Of a DNA stretch of 64,000 nucleotides, positions 23,531-34,994 are shown one piece after another (positions within the stretch are counted from its first letter, which is position 1; each line of letters opens with the position of its first letter). The DNA is from Octopus sinensis. Lineage: Eukaryota. The position numbers were made by a program, and so were the translations under genes. The notes below the pieces were generated by a model. The model was not told the DNA's origin. It was given only the letters and a program-made list of their open reading frames with translations, and searched no databases. The DNA is taken from NCBI RefSeq assembly GCF_006345805.1, contig NC_043003.1:53382001-53446000 (forward strand). Reading direction: 5' to 3'.

Positions 23531-24704
23531 CTGCCAAAATTTAAAACAATTATTGCTATATTTGCAAGTGAAAGATGTCGTTTCGGGGAGAATTTTGCTG
23601 CTTCAAAGAAAATAATTTTAGTTTTTGTGGTATTATTTTGTTATTTAAGCAACGAGCATCTTCTGAGGTAAGTCGGCTTTGTAAAATTTTCACCACATCG
23701 GAGTGAATTCTGAACTTTTTGACGGCGAATTTAAAGACCTAAAAAGATATGGATTTGCAGATCAAGGAGACACTTAACTGTTAAGTCAAGGGATGGATAT
23801 ATTTATTCAAACGGATCAAGAAACTTATACAATTTATTCCGGATCTGATCAATCTGCCAGACGGCAGAAAATGTCCATGGCCGTCAAGGGTAGAAAGCTA
23901 CACACTACCGCAAGGCTTTCTTTCCACAGCAAAGATGAGATGTGGAGACATACACCATTGATGGTCTCGCCTGAGCTTTGAGGAAAGCCAATAATCGTTA
24001 AGGGGCTGAAGTATTTACTGACACGGAAGAGAAAGGCAAGTCTTTAAGATGCAGTCTTAGCTACAAAAATGGCGTTCATTTGCCATGAAAGATTCCTATT
24101 GTTAAGAAACGCAGAGTTTTTAGGTGATCGCTGAGACTAATTGCGCGCTGCTCATGTCCAGAGGGGATGAGGTACGATAATGTTTTCTATATGAGCAGTA
24201 CTTCTGTTTTAACTGAGTTGATTCGGGCAACGTGTGCTTGCATTACTAAAGTTAAGCAAAATAGAGCAAATGTTGAGTAAAAGAGAATGGCGGTAGAAGC
24301 AGAAAAGTTATTACTAAAATTGTAAACAACTAAACTTGATATGTGTATTAAAGAAAAATTCTACTATTTTAAATTCTATGGAAAAATATCTTCTACATGT
24401 ATCATATACCCTATTAATCTTATAATTATTTAATAATTAATCTCAATATAAAGATTAGTTTACTCCAGAAGTGATGTTTACTTACAAAAATAAAGACGCC
24501 ACGGTAAAGACTTTCCCCAAAAAACTAATATTGGCTGAGATCTGGAAGTATGCAGTGAGTACGGATATATTGGTTTCATCTGATCCCGCAGAGGATATTC
24601 TGGAAATAATAGTAATTAGAATAAATAAGAATAAATATTCCACGGTCATTACAAGCATTTAATCGATAAAATTGTTTTTAGAATTTATTGTTGACAACTT
24701 ATTA

Positions 24705-25037
24705 CAGTAATTCCTTGACTATCGCGAGTGTTACGTTCCAAGAAATCCCGTGATAGGTGAAAATCCGCGAAGTAGAAACAGTACTGTACTGTATATATTT
24801 TATTATTATTTTCATAATTTGTATACATTTAGTTTATTATAAAGGCAAAATAACACTACAGAGGAATCGACGTAAGCTTGCGCAGGAGTGGCTGTGTGCT
24901 TACGACCCACATGGTTCCGGGTTCAGTCCCTCTGCGTTGCACCTTGGGCAAGTGTCTTCTACTATAGACTCGGGCCGACCAAAGCCTTGTGAGTGGATTT
25001 GGTAGACGGAAACTGAAAGAAGCCAGTCGTATATATG

Positions 25038-25078
<41 letters not shown>

Positions 25079-25296
25079 TGTATATCTGTGTTTGTCCTCC
25101 CAACATCGCTTATCAACCGATGCTTGTCAATCGGCAAAAGAGACCGATGGAATAAGTACTAGGCTTACAAAGAATAAGTCCTGGGGTCGATTTGATTCGA
25201 CTACAGGCGGTGCTCCAGCATGGCCGCAGTCAAATGACTGAAACAAGTAAATGAGTAATAGAGTTAGATGAACCGCGATATAGCGAGGGATTACTG
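24705..25296. mobile_element. Tigger-type MITE with nested family-A SINE (~24884-25262)
   Basis: TIR cagtaattccttgactatcgcg / cgcgatatagcgagggattactg, TA flanks. Confidence 0.7.
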
Positions 25297-25771
25297 TATA
25301 ATTGTATTTTTTAATTGAAGAACTATTGTCATTAACCTCTTGCTATTTATTCCTTGGCAACAAAGATTGAACAAAACTACGATCGAAAGTTTTCCATCCA
25401 TGACTTTTCAGTATTTTGGGAATTTTTTTTTTTTTCGGATTACGTTATTCAGTGAACCCTTCCTTGTTTAAGACATCTTACCATGAACTTCTTGATGCTG
25501 GTGTCATTGTCTAGCTCTGAACGAGCAGACCCATGTTCAATAACACTCCAACCACTATAGCTGAACCGCTAAACTATGGGGACGTTGGTCTGTTTTCGTC
25601 CCCATAACTTAGTGGTTCGGCTAAATTAATTGATAGAATAAATACAGGAGTTAAAGTTAAATACTAGGGTCAGTTTGTTCGACTAAACACTACAAGCTGT
25701 GCTCCAGCAAGGCCGCAATCCAATAACTGATACAAGTAAAAGATAAAAAATAATAGACTAAAAATTCTTAC

Positions 25772-25969
25772 TTTTACAATAGCGCTGTCCTGGTGAATCC
25801 CACTTGACTATCGTCTTGAACAAATAGTGTATCGTTCGGCATTTCATCTGTGATGGACCAACAAGGTAATAGTTGCGTCTGCATCTTATGTAGACCGTCG
25901 ATCCGGAGTTGTAATTTTTGCCGAGAATATAGCCATTGTCAGGAATCAACGGCTTTGGACATAGGTGAT
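25772..25969 (-). CDS. Internal coding exon encoding one complete sushi/CCP (SCR) domain of an unidentified extracellular protein
   Basis: Acceptor ttcatttattggcAG, donor GTaaga; 198 nt, phase 1/1; (D)HLCPKPLIPDNGYILGKNYNSGSTVYIRCRRNYYLVGPSQMKCRTIHYLFKTIVKWDSPGQRYCK has the four Cys, P..P.NG, Y.L.G and W of the CCP consensus. Confidence 0.9.
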
Positions 25970-26176
25970 CTGCCAATAAATGAATGAAAAATGTGCTCAA
26001 AATATACATACAGCAGGAGTGGCTGTGTGGTAAGTAGCTTTCTTACCAACCACATGGTATGGTTGCGGATTCAGTCCCACTGCGAGGCACCTTGGGCAAG
26101 TGTCTTCTACTATAGCTTCGGGTCAACCAAAGCCTTGTGAGTGGATTTGGTAGACGGAAACTGAAAGAAGTCCGTC

Positions 26177-26208
<32 letters not shown>

Positions 26209-26209
26209 C

Positions 26210-26433
26210 ATTATTGAATGGAAGAAATGGAGTTGAACGAAGATTGTACAGAATTCCTTTTATTACATTCTACACATGTTTCAAAGGCCACAAATTTCCA
26301 AATTCTGATTAATTTGTGGCCTTTGAAATTTGTGGAAATTTGTGGAAATTTGTGGCCTTTGAAACATGTGTAGAATGTAATAAAAGGAATTCTGTACAAT
26401 CTTCGTTCAACTCCATTTCTTCCATTCAATAAT
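26210..26433. repeat. Perfect 91-bp inverted repeat (foldback), 42-nt spacer
   Basis: 26210-26300 is the exact reverse complement of 26343-26433. Confidence 0.95.
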
Positions 26434-26930
26434 AATATTAAACTTCAATTATCCGCACCAACGCACGGTTGCAACACCAAATGGTCTTATCTCCAACCGT
26501 GTATTTTCTGCTGTGATTTTTGCTACCCAGGTATCGGTTAAACTTTTGAATAATCTGTAACAAGAAAATTCATCTTTCTATTTCAACAAATATATATATA
26601 TATATGTTTGTGTGTCTTTGTTTGTCCCCCAACGTCGCTTGACAACCGATGCTGGTGTGTTTACGTCCCTGTAACTTAGCATTTCAGCAAAAGAAACCGA
26701 TAGAATAAGTACTAGGCTTACAAAGAATAAGTCCTGGATCGATTGGCTCGAGCATGGCCGCAGTCAAATGACTAAAACAAATAAAAGAAAAGAATAATAC
26801 ATACATATGTATATATGTACTATGTGTGTGTGCGTGCGTACGTGCGTACATACATACTTGCATACATACATACATACATACATACATACATACATACATA
26901 CATACATACATACTACATACATACATATGT

Positions 26931-27128
26931 ATGATCTAAACACCCCCAAAACAGCTGGGCTCTCTCACCTCAGAGAAGACTGGGATGGAAAGCACTCAGC
27001 ATACAAAAAAGAACATGCATGGGTATGTTACCCGGAATCTTGAAGAAGACAGTAGAATTGACATGAAGTGCAGCCTCTTTTGGGCACTAGATCACTACAT
27101 CACACTATGAAGGCTATGCGTTTTGCAA
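26931..27128 (+). mobile_element. Fragment of the R4-type LINE found at 59245-60705
   Basis: Close match to ~59790-60000 (caaaacagctgggctctct...gaaggctatgcgtttgcaa). Confidence 0.8.
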
Positions 27129-27375
27129 ATGCAGATATGAACTGCAAAAGAAGAAATTTGATCTGCTGCATTAAATGCCCGAATTGCGATGAATTATATA
27201 TAGGCGAGACAGGGAATGCATTATCGGGACGATCACGAGCCCACAGGCAACAAATTCCACTGATAGAAGTGTTTCTAATTTTTCCTTTCCACAAACTATA
27301 TGATATAAAAGAGGTTGGGAGAACGATAAAAAAAAATGGTTTATTAAAACGTTCAAACCTGTACTGAACGGAAAT
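27129..27375 (+). pseudogene. GIY-YIG endonuclease remnant of a Penelope-like element
   Basis: CKRRNLICCIKCPNCDELYIGETGNALSGRSRAHRQQI...FLIFPFHKL matches the PLE pattern N(L/V)IY.I.C..C...YIGET.....R...H. Confidence 0.85.
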
Positions 27376-27580
27376 AACAACAATAATATAACAACCAGTT
27401 AATGATGTGGATTAAAAAAATATCTCTAGCATATAGATATAAACAAATTATAGAATATCGGTACGCCTGGCAAACCGTAACGTTGAAGCTGCATGCGGAT
27501 TGGTCAAAACCGTATTCTAAAAATTCAGCGTTCTAAGAGGTGCTAAAGTTGTCAAAAACTCAACTGTCAGTTAAACAAAT

Positions 27581-27623
27581 TTGAAATCTGATGATTACTC
27601 TATGTATGAAAGCGCTAATTTAA
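27581..27623 (+). ncRNA. Minimal type-I hammerhead, canonical core
   Basis: UUGAAAU-CUGAUGA-UUAC(ucuau)GUAU-GAAA-GCGC-UA-AUUUAA; palindromic AGCGCU, CUA triplet; ~200 bp downstream of the GIY-YIG remnant, same strand. Confidence 0.6.
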
Positions 27624-27636
27624 CCTTATGTACATT

Positions 27637-27703
<67 letters not shown>

Positions 27704-28032
27704 CATTAATGTCAAAATACCATAATAAAAACGTGAAAACCAAACCATTTTTTATCTTTATTCAACTGATATATTAATCTATGCACATTCACACAAATTC
27801 GAAACAAATATATATATATGTTACGATATATGGATTCAAGTAATCCGATAGTATTCATGAAAAAGCTCCTTGGTTTGTTATAGCATAAACCACATAGCGT
27901 ATATAATAATATACATGCGAAAAGAATAAGGAGAATATAGAGACATAAATGATGTAGAAAAATTATGAATTTTTTTTTAGCTATAAACATTGAAAAGTCG
28001 AGAAAGTATATTAAAATCGAAGTGCATTTATC

Positions 28033-28173
28033 AAATTCACCTGATGAAGTAGTCCAAATTCTGCATTATCTTCAGTGAACTTTTCCTATTTCGAATTAAT
28101 ACAGACATTTATTATTCAATACTATAAGCTTTTTACATGTTTTGAGACTACTGAAACCAATTTGTAGTAATTT
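28033..28173 (+). ncRNA. Type-I hammerhead with a 91-nt stem II loop
   Basis: AAAUUCAC-CUGAUGA-AGUAGUC[28055-28145]GACUACU-GAAA-CCAAUUUG-UA-GUAAUUU; perfect 7-bp stem II, stem I with one bulge, GUA triplet. Confidence 0.6.
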
Positions 28174-28283
28174 TTCTATGTTTATACATATATAGGGAGA
28201 GTTTACGAAAAAAACAAAAGACGAAGATAGGTGGTGTACAAAACAAACAGATGTATTTGTATAACGCTCAGGAATGGAAAAAG

Positions 28284-28320
28284 TCTTTTACGTTTCGACC
28301 CTACGTTCTTCTACAGAAAG
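28284..28320 (-). ncRNA. Second family-E hammerhead-like motif (CUGUAGA core, damaged stem II)
   Basis: CUUU-CUGUAGA-A-GAAC(guag)GGUC-GAAA-CG-UA-AAAGA within the family-E copy at ~28195-28385. Confidence 0.4.
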
Positions 28321-28414
28321 GGACACAGAAAAAAACAAGGATAAAAAAAATGTGTGTAGTGGCTAACGATCTATCATGGCGACATATATATATATATTAT
28401 ATATATAATATATA

Positions 28415-28488
<74 letters not shown>

Positions 28489-28649
28489 GAGGGTTATGAG
28501 AGATAATGGTATCAATAAAACCCAAAGGTGTCAGGTAATGCTGAGTAAGTGCTATGGACAGACTATAGTTAAGCTCCAGGTTCGGTGGTTATGCGAATAA
28601 GGAGTCCAACGTAGGTCATATATCACCATGTGTATATATATATATATAA

Positions 28650-29296
28650 AAATTTTCAGAATGAGATAAAAATCCAAGGCTGTGAAAGATTTCAGAACAT
28701 TTATAAATAGAAGGTCTTACAGCTGTTTCCGGGATATCTTATTGAATCGCTTCAATAAAACCGTTTACAAACTCTATGCTTGGAATAACCAATTTTAAAT
28801 ACTATTGGAAATTAATCACAAGGTACGGGAATCTAATATATATACCATTCTGCATAAATAATAGAACTACAGATACAATATCCCTGCATATGTCACGTCT
28901 ATTTTCATTCCTCCACTTCACTCTCTATTTCATATCTTATCTAGATTAACTATTGCTTAACCTATTTCTTTACTACCCACAAGGGGCTAAACATAGAGGG
29001 GACAGACAAGGACAGACAAACGGATCAAGTCGATTACATCGACCCCAGTGCGTAACTGGTACTTAATTTATCGACCCCGAAAGGATGAAAGGCAAAGTCG
29101 ACCTCGGCGGAATTTGAACTCAGAACGTAACAGCAGACGAAATACGGCCACACATTTCGTCCGGCGTGCTAACGTTTCTGCCAGCTTAACCACTGTCTCA
29201 CACCATCTCCGATGAAGGGGTATATAAGATATCCCGGAAACAGCTGTAAGACCTATTTATAAATGTTCTAAAATCTTCACAGCTTTTATCTCATTC

Positions 29297-29303
<7 letters not shown>
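28650..29303. mobile_element. Head-to-head PLE-type insertion in (TA)n, with nested family-B SINE (~28962-29186, minus)
   Basis: ~90-bp inverted ends (aattttcagaatgagataaaa...gggatatcttat / ataagatatccc...ctcattctgaaaatt); the SINE is flanked by cttaac. Confidence 0.7.
29206..29251 (+). ncRNA. Hammerhead-like motif, CCGAUGA core
   Basis: UCU-CCGAUGA-A-GGGGUAU/AUAUCCC-G-GAAA-CAGCUG-UA-AGA; palindromic ACAGCUGU, stem I only 3 bp. Confidence 0.5.
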
Positions 29304-29347
<44 letters not shown>

Positions 29348-29353
29348 TATATA

Positions 29354-29403
<50 letters not shown>

Positions 29404-29731
29404 TGAATATTAGTATATAGATAGTTCGGGAAAATCCATATCTAAGACATACCGTTACACATATTTTGTAAAGAAGGTTAGGAACATGTTTATTACTATA
29501 TTGATAATAAATAGATTTTCTATCTCCACGACAAACACTTGCTTTAAGACGCATGCGTTAAATCGTGAGACAAATCTTGAGAGAGAAAATCAAGCAAACG
29601 CTAAAGGCACGTGCACGCATACTTATACACACACACAATCGAACGCTACTAGCGTACGCACATATACAGTTGCCTTCCATGCTCACACGCAAATAAACAT
29701 ACGCAGCTAATTGTCTTCTGTGCGTATGTAC

Positions 29732-29769
<38 letters not shown>

Positions 29770-29832
29770 ATATATATACGCACGTATGTGCAAGAGTGTG
29801 CATGAGTACACGTACCGATAGCATTCGTTTGA

Positions 29833-29933
<101 letters not shown>

Positions 29934-30301
29934 TATTATATATATCTCCCCTACCTACGCGCACATTCTTATCACGGTGTGACAGATTTTTTACACCACA
30001 GGAATCTATATAGCGCTTTGATATAATAAACACAGTATAAAAATGTGTGTGTTTGTGTGTGTGTGTGTGTTTGTGTGTGTGTTGTGTTGTGTGTGTGTGT
30101 GTGTGTTGTGTGTGTGTGGTGTGTGTGTGTGTGTGTGTGTGTAAGTATGCGCTTTTTTTCTTAAGTTTTTAAGTTGTCAAAATACTTTCTGCATCGTACA
30201 TCACAGTGATACGGCTTTTTAGTCTTGCCGTGCCGGATATAGGTACAGTATACATGCAAGCAAACACTCACGCACGCACGCACACACACACACCACACAC
30301 A

Positions 30302-30332
<31 letters not shown>

Positions 30333-30817
30333 CACACCACACACACACAAAACACACATACTTACATGCCTACATGCTTGCATGTATAAGTATGTAGGTT
30401 TACGATAACGATTGCGTGTGTATATGAATATATGTATATATGAATGTGTAAATTTATATATAAATATATATCTGTGTGTGGGGGGGGGAGTGTGTGTGTG
30501 TATGTGTGTGTGTGTGTGTAGCTATTTAAAATGTAAATTGCACAACAAGTGACCTTATTTAGAACTTCATGTGTATTCCCGTATGTCAGAACGGAAACTG
30601 GGAAGAGGACTTGTCTTACAGTCCACGTATCATTTGGTTGGAATCCGCAGTTGATTATGTCACAGAGTACAAAACGGAAAACAAAACAGGAGAGATTGTT
30701 TATAATATATTATATTACACCATCTATATTTACATGTACTTATATGGAAATATATCTGCGTATGTTTGTGTGTGTATAAGTATATGTACGTATGTGTGTA
30801 CATCTGTATGTTGTATA

Positions 30818-30861
<44 letters not shown>

Positions 30862-31391
30862 ATATATAATATATATATATATATACAATACACACACACA
30901 CACACACACAAACACATATATATATCTATAAATATATATGTAGTATATATGTATATATATATGTGTGTGTGTGTGTGTGTGCATATGTTAGTGTGTCTGT
31001 GTTTGTCCCCCCAACATCGCTTGACAACCGATGCTGGTGTGTTTACGTCCCCGTAACTTAGCGGTTCGGCAAAAGAGACCGATAGAATAAGTACTAGGCT
31101 TACAAAGAATAAGCCCTGGGGGCGATTTGCTCAACTAAAAGGCGGTACTCCAGCATGATCACAGTCAAATGACTGAAACAAGTAAAATGGAGTAAAGACT
31201 AAAGATACATATATATATATATATATATATACATACCAATACTGGATCATCCCATAAATAATTATATCTACTCTAGGCACAAGGCCTTGAAAATTTTGGG
31301 GGTAGGGGGATAGTCGATTACTTTGAACCCAGTGCATAACTGGTACTTATTTCATCGAACCCCCGAAAGAATGAAAGGCAAAGTCGACCTC

Positions 31392-31894
31392 GGTGTCACC
31401 CAATAAATAATGCGGTTTTTTCAATTGCATGAACAAAACGTCGGAGGGGGACAAGAGAAACTACCTGCATCAACTTACTTTAAAAGCAGGTAGTAATTTT
31501 ACCTTGTGCTTATTCTTTGTACAAGTTTTGAAGAGAGTAGATCGATTTTAAGTTATTTTTTCAAAGCTATAATAAAAGCGACAAAGGAGCATATTCGATA
31601 TATTCTACTTTATGAGTTCAATAAAGGCAACAGCAGAACGGAAAGTGCGAGGAACATTAATGCAGTATATGGGGATCGAACTGTAAGCATAAGTCAGGGT
31701 CAACGGTGGTTCCAGAAATTCCGAGCCGGAAACTACAGTCTAGAAGACGAGCCTCGCCTTGGAAGATATGTATAGCTTGACGAGGGTGTCCTGCAAATCC
31801 CGGTGGAACAAAATGCCATCGTAACTGTTGAGGAACTAGCAGAGAAGCTTAGAATTGGTCATTCAACCATTCATCGACACCTGAGTGCCATCGG
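31392..31894 (+). pseudogene. Mariner transposase 5' part (HTH region), in-frame stop, cut by the assembly gap
   Basis: KEHIRYILLYEFNKGNSRTESARNINAVYGDRTVSISQGQRWFQKFRAGNYSLEDEPRLGR..*..TVEELAEKLRIGHSTIHRHLSAIG matches the mariner N-terminus (WF..F..G...L.D..R.GRP). Confidence 0.9.
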
Positions 31895-31994
31895 NNNNNN
31901 NNNNNNNNNNNNNNNNNNNNNNNNNNNNNNNNNNNNNNNNNNNNNNNNNNNNNNNNNNNNNNNNNNNNNNNNNNNNNNNNNNNNNNNNNNNNNN
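31895..31994. other. Assembly gap (100 N)
   Basis: Exactly 100 N; the true size is unknown. Confidence 0.98.
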
Positions 31995-32495
31995 AATTTG
32001 AAACTAATATTACATGTTAATTTTGGCGGTTGAAAGAAAAGGTTATATGTAGCAGATTACAGGGCTACATGTTGCTACTGTTTTTATTGTTTTAAGCAAT
32101 TTTCTAAATAAATTTTAATATCTGCCGAAACAGCGTAAGATGTCGTTTATATTTATATTTATATTTTTATATTCTCTAATATATACTGTACTTATTGGAC
32201 CATTTACTCCTTCATGTACACTGTTTTGTTCTATATTAATATGTTTGACCTTAATGTTCAATGTATAGTGGTTTAATAAATTATGTGATGGGTATTATCT
32301 GGTAGTTGATAATTGATTTAGATGTATTTCTCCATTTTCTTATTTTGTATATCATATTGTATATATATACATATATATTACAATAACATTTCCTGAGCGC
32401 CTAATAATAATATACTGTAATTGTTCCACGTTGTTGTTGTTTTTTCTGTTTTCCCGTTTGGATTAACCTTAATATATATATATATATAATTGGTG

Positions 32496-32528
<33 letters not shown>

Positions 32529-34006
32529 GTGGTGTGTGTGTGTGTGTGTGTGGTGTGTGTGTGTGATATGAAGACTTATGACCAAACATGTTCATGGTTA
32601 GAAAGTTTTCCTGCTGTTATTAATTCATTTAGAATCATTTCTTTATAAACAGAGCTTTGCTTTGAGTTACTTCAGAATCGAACTCCACTGTTTGTCCTTT
32701 ATCGTTTATTCGTGAACGATTTAAACACTTGACGGAATAAAAAATAAATTGCTAATTTTTCAAATTCAACGTTTTGCTGTCCTTTATACATGTGGTGAGA
32801 TTTTAGCTTTTCTCGAGTGTGTGTGTGTGCGCGTGAGAGAGAGAGAGAGAGAGAGAGCCAAAGTACACAATATTATTGATCCATTACAGCCGATCTTACC
32901 AATCAGTTTCGCACAGAATGTTGGGTAATCAGACAATCATCTAACAACTGCGCTCGTCGGAGATTGCTCAGATGGAAAAGCTGGCGACTGTTCTCTGTTA
33001 TTGGAGGTGAGGAAGTTTATGGGTGCTTTGAAAAATAAATACGAAACGAAGTTACAAGACATAGTTAAGAGAGAGATCCATCAAGAGTTACTCTTCTTGG
33101 CCCTGAAAAACCTCTAGTGAGTTGTGACTGCCAGCAAAATCGGGGTGGGGGACTGATATATGCATAGAGGTTGGAGGGATTGGTGTGTATGTAGAGTGTT
33201 TGGAGGGGCCACTGAGCCCAAACATTTTACTTCATGTGTGGCTGCATATGTGTATTCGTGTTAAGGTGTGTGTGGTTTGGCTGTGGTCAAACTCCCAGGT
33301 TGTGATAGTAGAAAGAGCGATGGTGCAGCCCGTAATTAAACCATCACGTATTTTTTCTAATGAGAGCACGAGCGAAGAAATTTCGTTTTTGCAGTTTAGG
33401 TAAGTGTCCGCGAGAAGAGAGTATTTTAACATGATTCTTTTCTTAGCTGGGCATAACCAATATTTTCTGCTTGCACTTCTCCAGCACTTGTTTTTAAAGT
33501 TTGATACTTATTCTTTCGTTCTCTTTTGTTGTACCGCTAGGTTACGGAGACGTAAGCAAACTAATGACAGGCCTTCAATTAGTTCCTGCGTGCTAAATTC
33601 ACCCATGGCCCGGGGGTCATAGTAGAAGACAGTTAAACAAGGTGCTGCGCATTGAGACTGAACTCCAAACCACGTGATTACAAGACAAGCTTCTTTACCA
33701 CACAGCCATGCCTGTGTCTAAGGCTATTGGTTACATCGTTTTTATTAATTATACTCATACATGATTAACAAAGGCAGTAAGCTGACAGAACCGCAGGTGA
33801 AAATAACGGCGTTTCGTCCGTCTTCACGTTTCGAGTTCAAAGTCCGCCGAGGTCGACATTGCTTGCCGTCCTTTCGGAATTGATAAACTAAATACCATTT
33901 GAACCTCCTCCCCTATAATGTCAGACCTTGTTCTTTTAGAAGAAAGAATTAATCATACATGAGTGCAATAAAATTATGAATAACGCGTTTTCCAAAATCT
34001 ATTTTT

Positions 34007-34425
34007 GGATCTTTTCGGTTTGAACGGCAGTTTTTAACATAATTTCTAGGTAACTAAAAATTTTTTAACTTCTTATACTGGTAGAATGTGTTTATAAAAC
34101 ATCTTTTTCTCTTGGCTTTATTGAGAAAATTTCTATAGTTTGTAAGATATTTGTTGTTTTTTTTTCTTCAATTTCTGCAATTTCAACCAATCAGTGACGT
34201 CTAGTGAGGTAAAAAGCATTCTGTGCCGTATGAATATGTCCCTCGTTTAAGAAACAGATTGGGTTTATTTACATTTGTGAAGAAAAAAAGATACCCTTCC
34301 CCCCACCTCTAACCCTAACCCTAAAACAGATTGAAATGCAATAGATCGATTATATGGTCATAATTATGGGTGACAATTTCATATGACACCGCTAGAAAAA
34401 ACTGCCGTTCAAACCGAAAAGATCC
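34007..34425. mobile_element. Second copy of the GG-terminus, 8-bp-TSD TIR element (opposite orientation to 2874-3222)
   Basis: TSD ctattttt at 33999-34006 and 34426-34433; same TIRs. Confidence 0.8.
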
Positions 34426-34994
34426 CTATTTTTTTATACATATTTTTTTAAAACCTTAACTTAAACTTCAGAAAGACAAAATAGAAAAACTCGGCATACC
34501 GTTAGAGAACCACTAAAAATACAATGGCAAGTTGTGAAAATTGATTAAAGAGCAGAAAAAAAAAACTCTGAAGAAAATGAAAGAGAGAAAATGGCATTGC
34601 AACAATTAATAGAGGCATCATACTTCACATTCTATTAAATGACTGCAAAAGAAAAAAAAAAATGTCATGTTAAAAACTCTTTGTGATTGTATAGATCTGA
34701 CCTGAACGATTCATAACTGCCATCGGACTCGGGTCGGGTGTTCACCTGACATCTTTATTTACACAGCAACATTACACAAATTTGTGGTAAACGAATGAAA
34801 TTTCATGAAGCTCAAGTATGAGAATGTACATAAATAAAACATCGAGAATACGTGAATGTAAAGCAACAAAAAATAAATAAAGGTATAAAAAAATAAAAGA
34901 CAAGACGTTTATAGCTAATTTATGTTCGTTACGTTACAGAGAAATAGTTACAGGAAGGTGATAACATGGTACATGTCGACCCGGATAAATATTG

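Noticed and set aside
30569-30700. CIPVCQNG EGF-like start on the plus strand, and a GTAAGA donor on the minus strand
   Set aside because: The remaining EGF cysteines are absent and there is no consistent splice pair.
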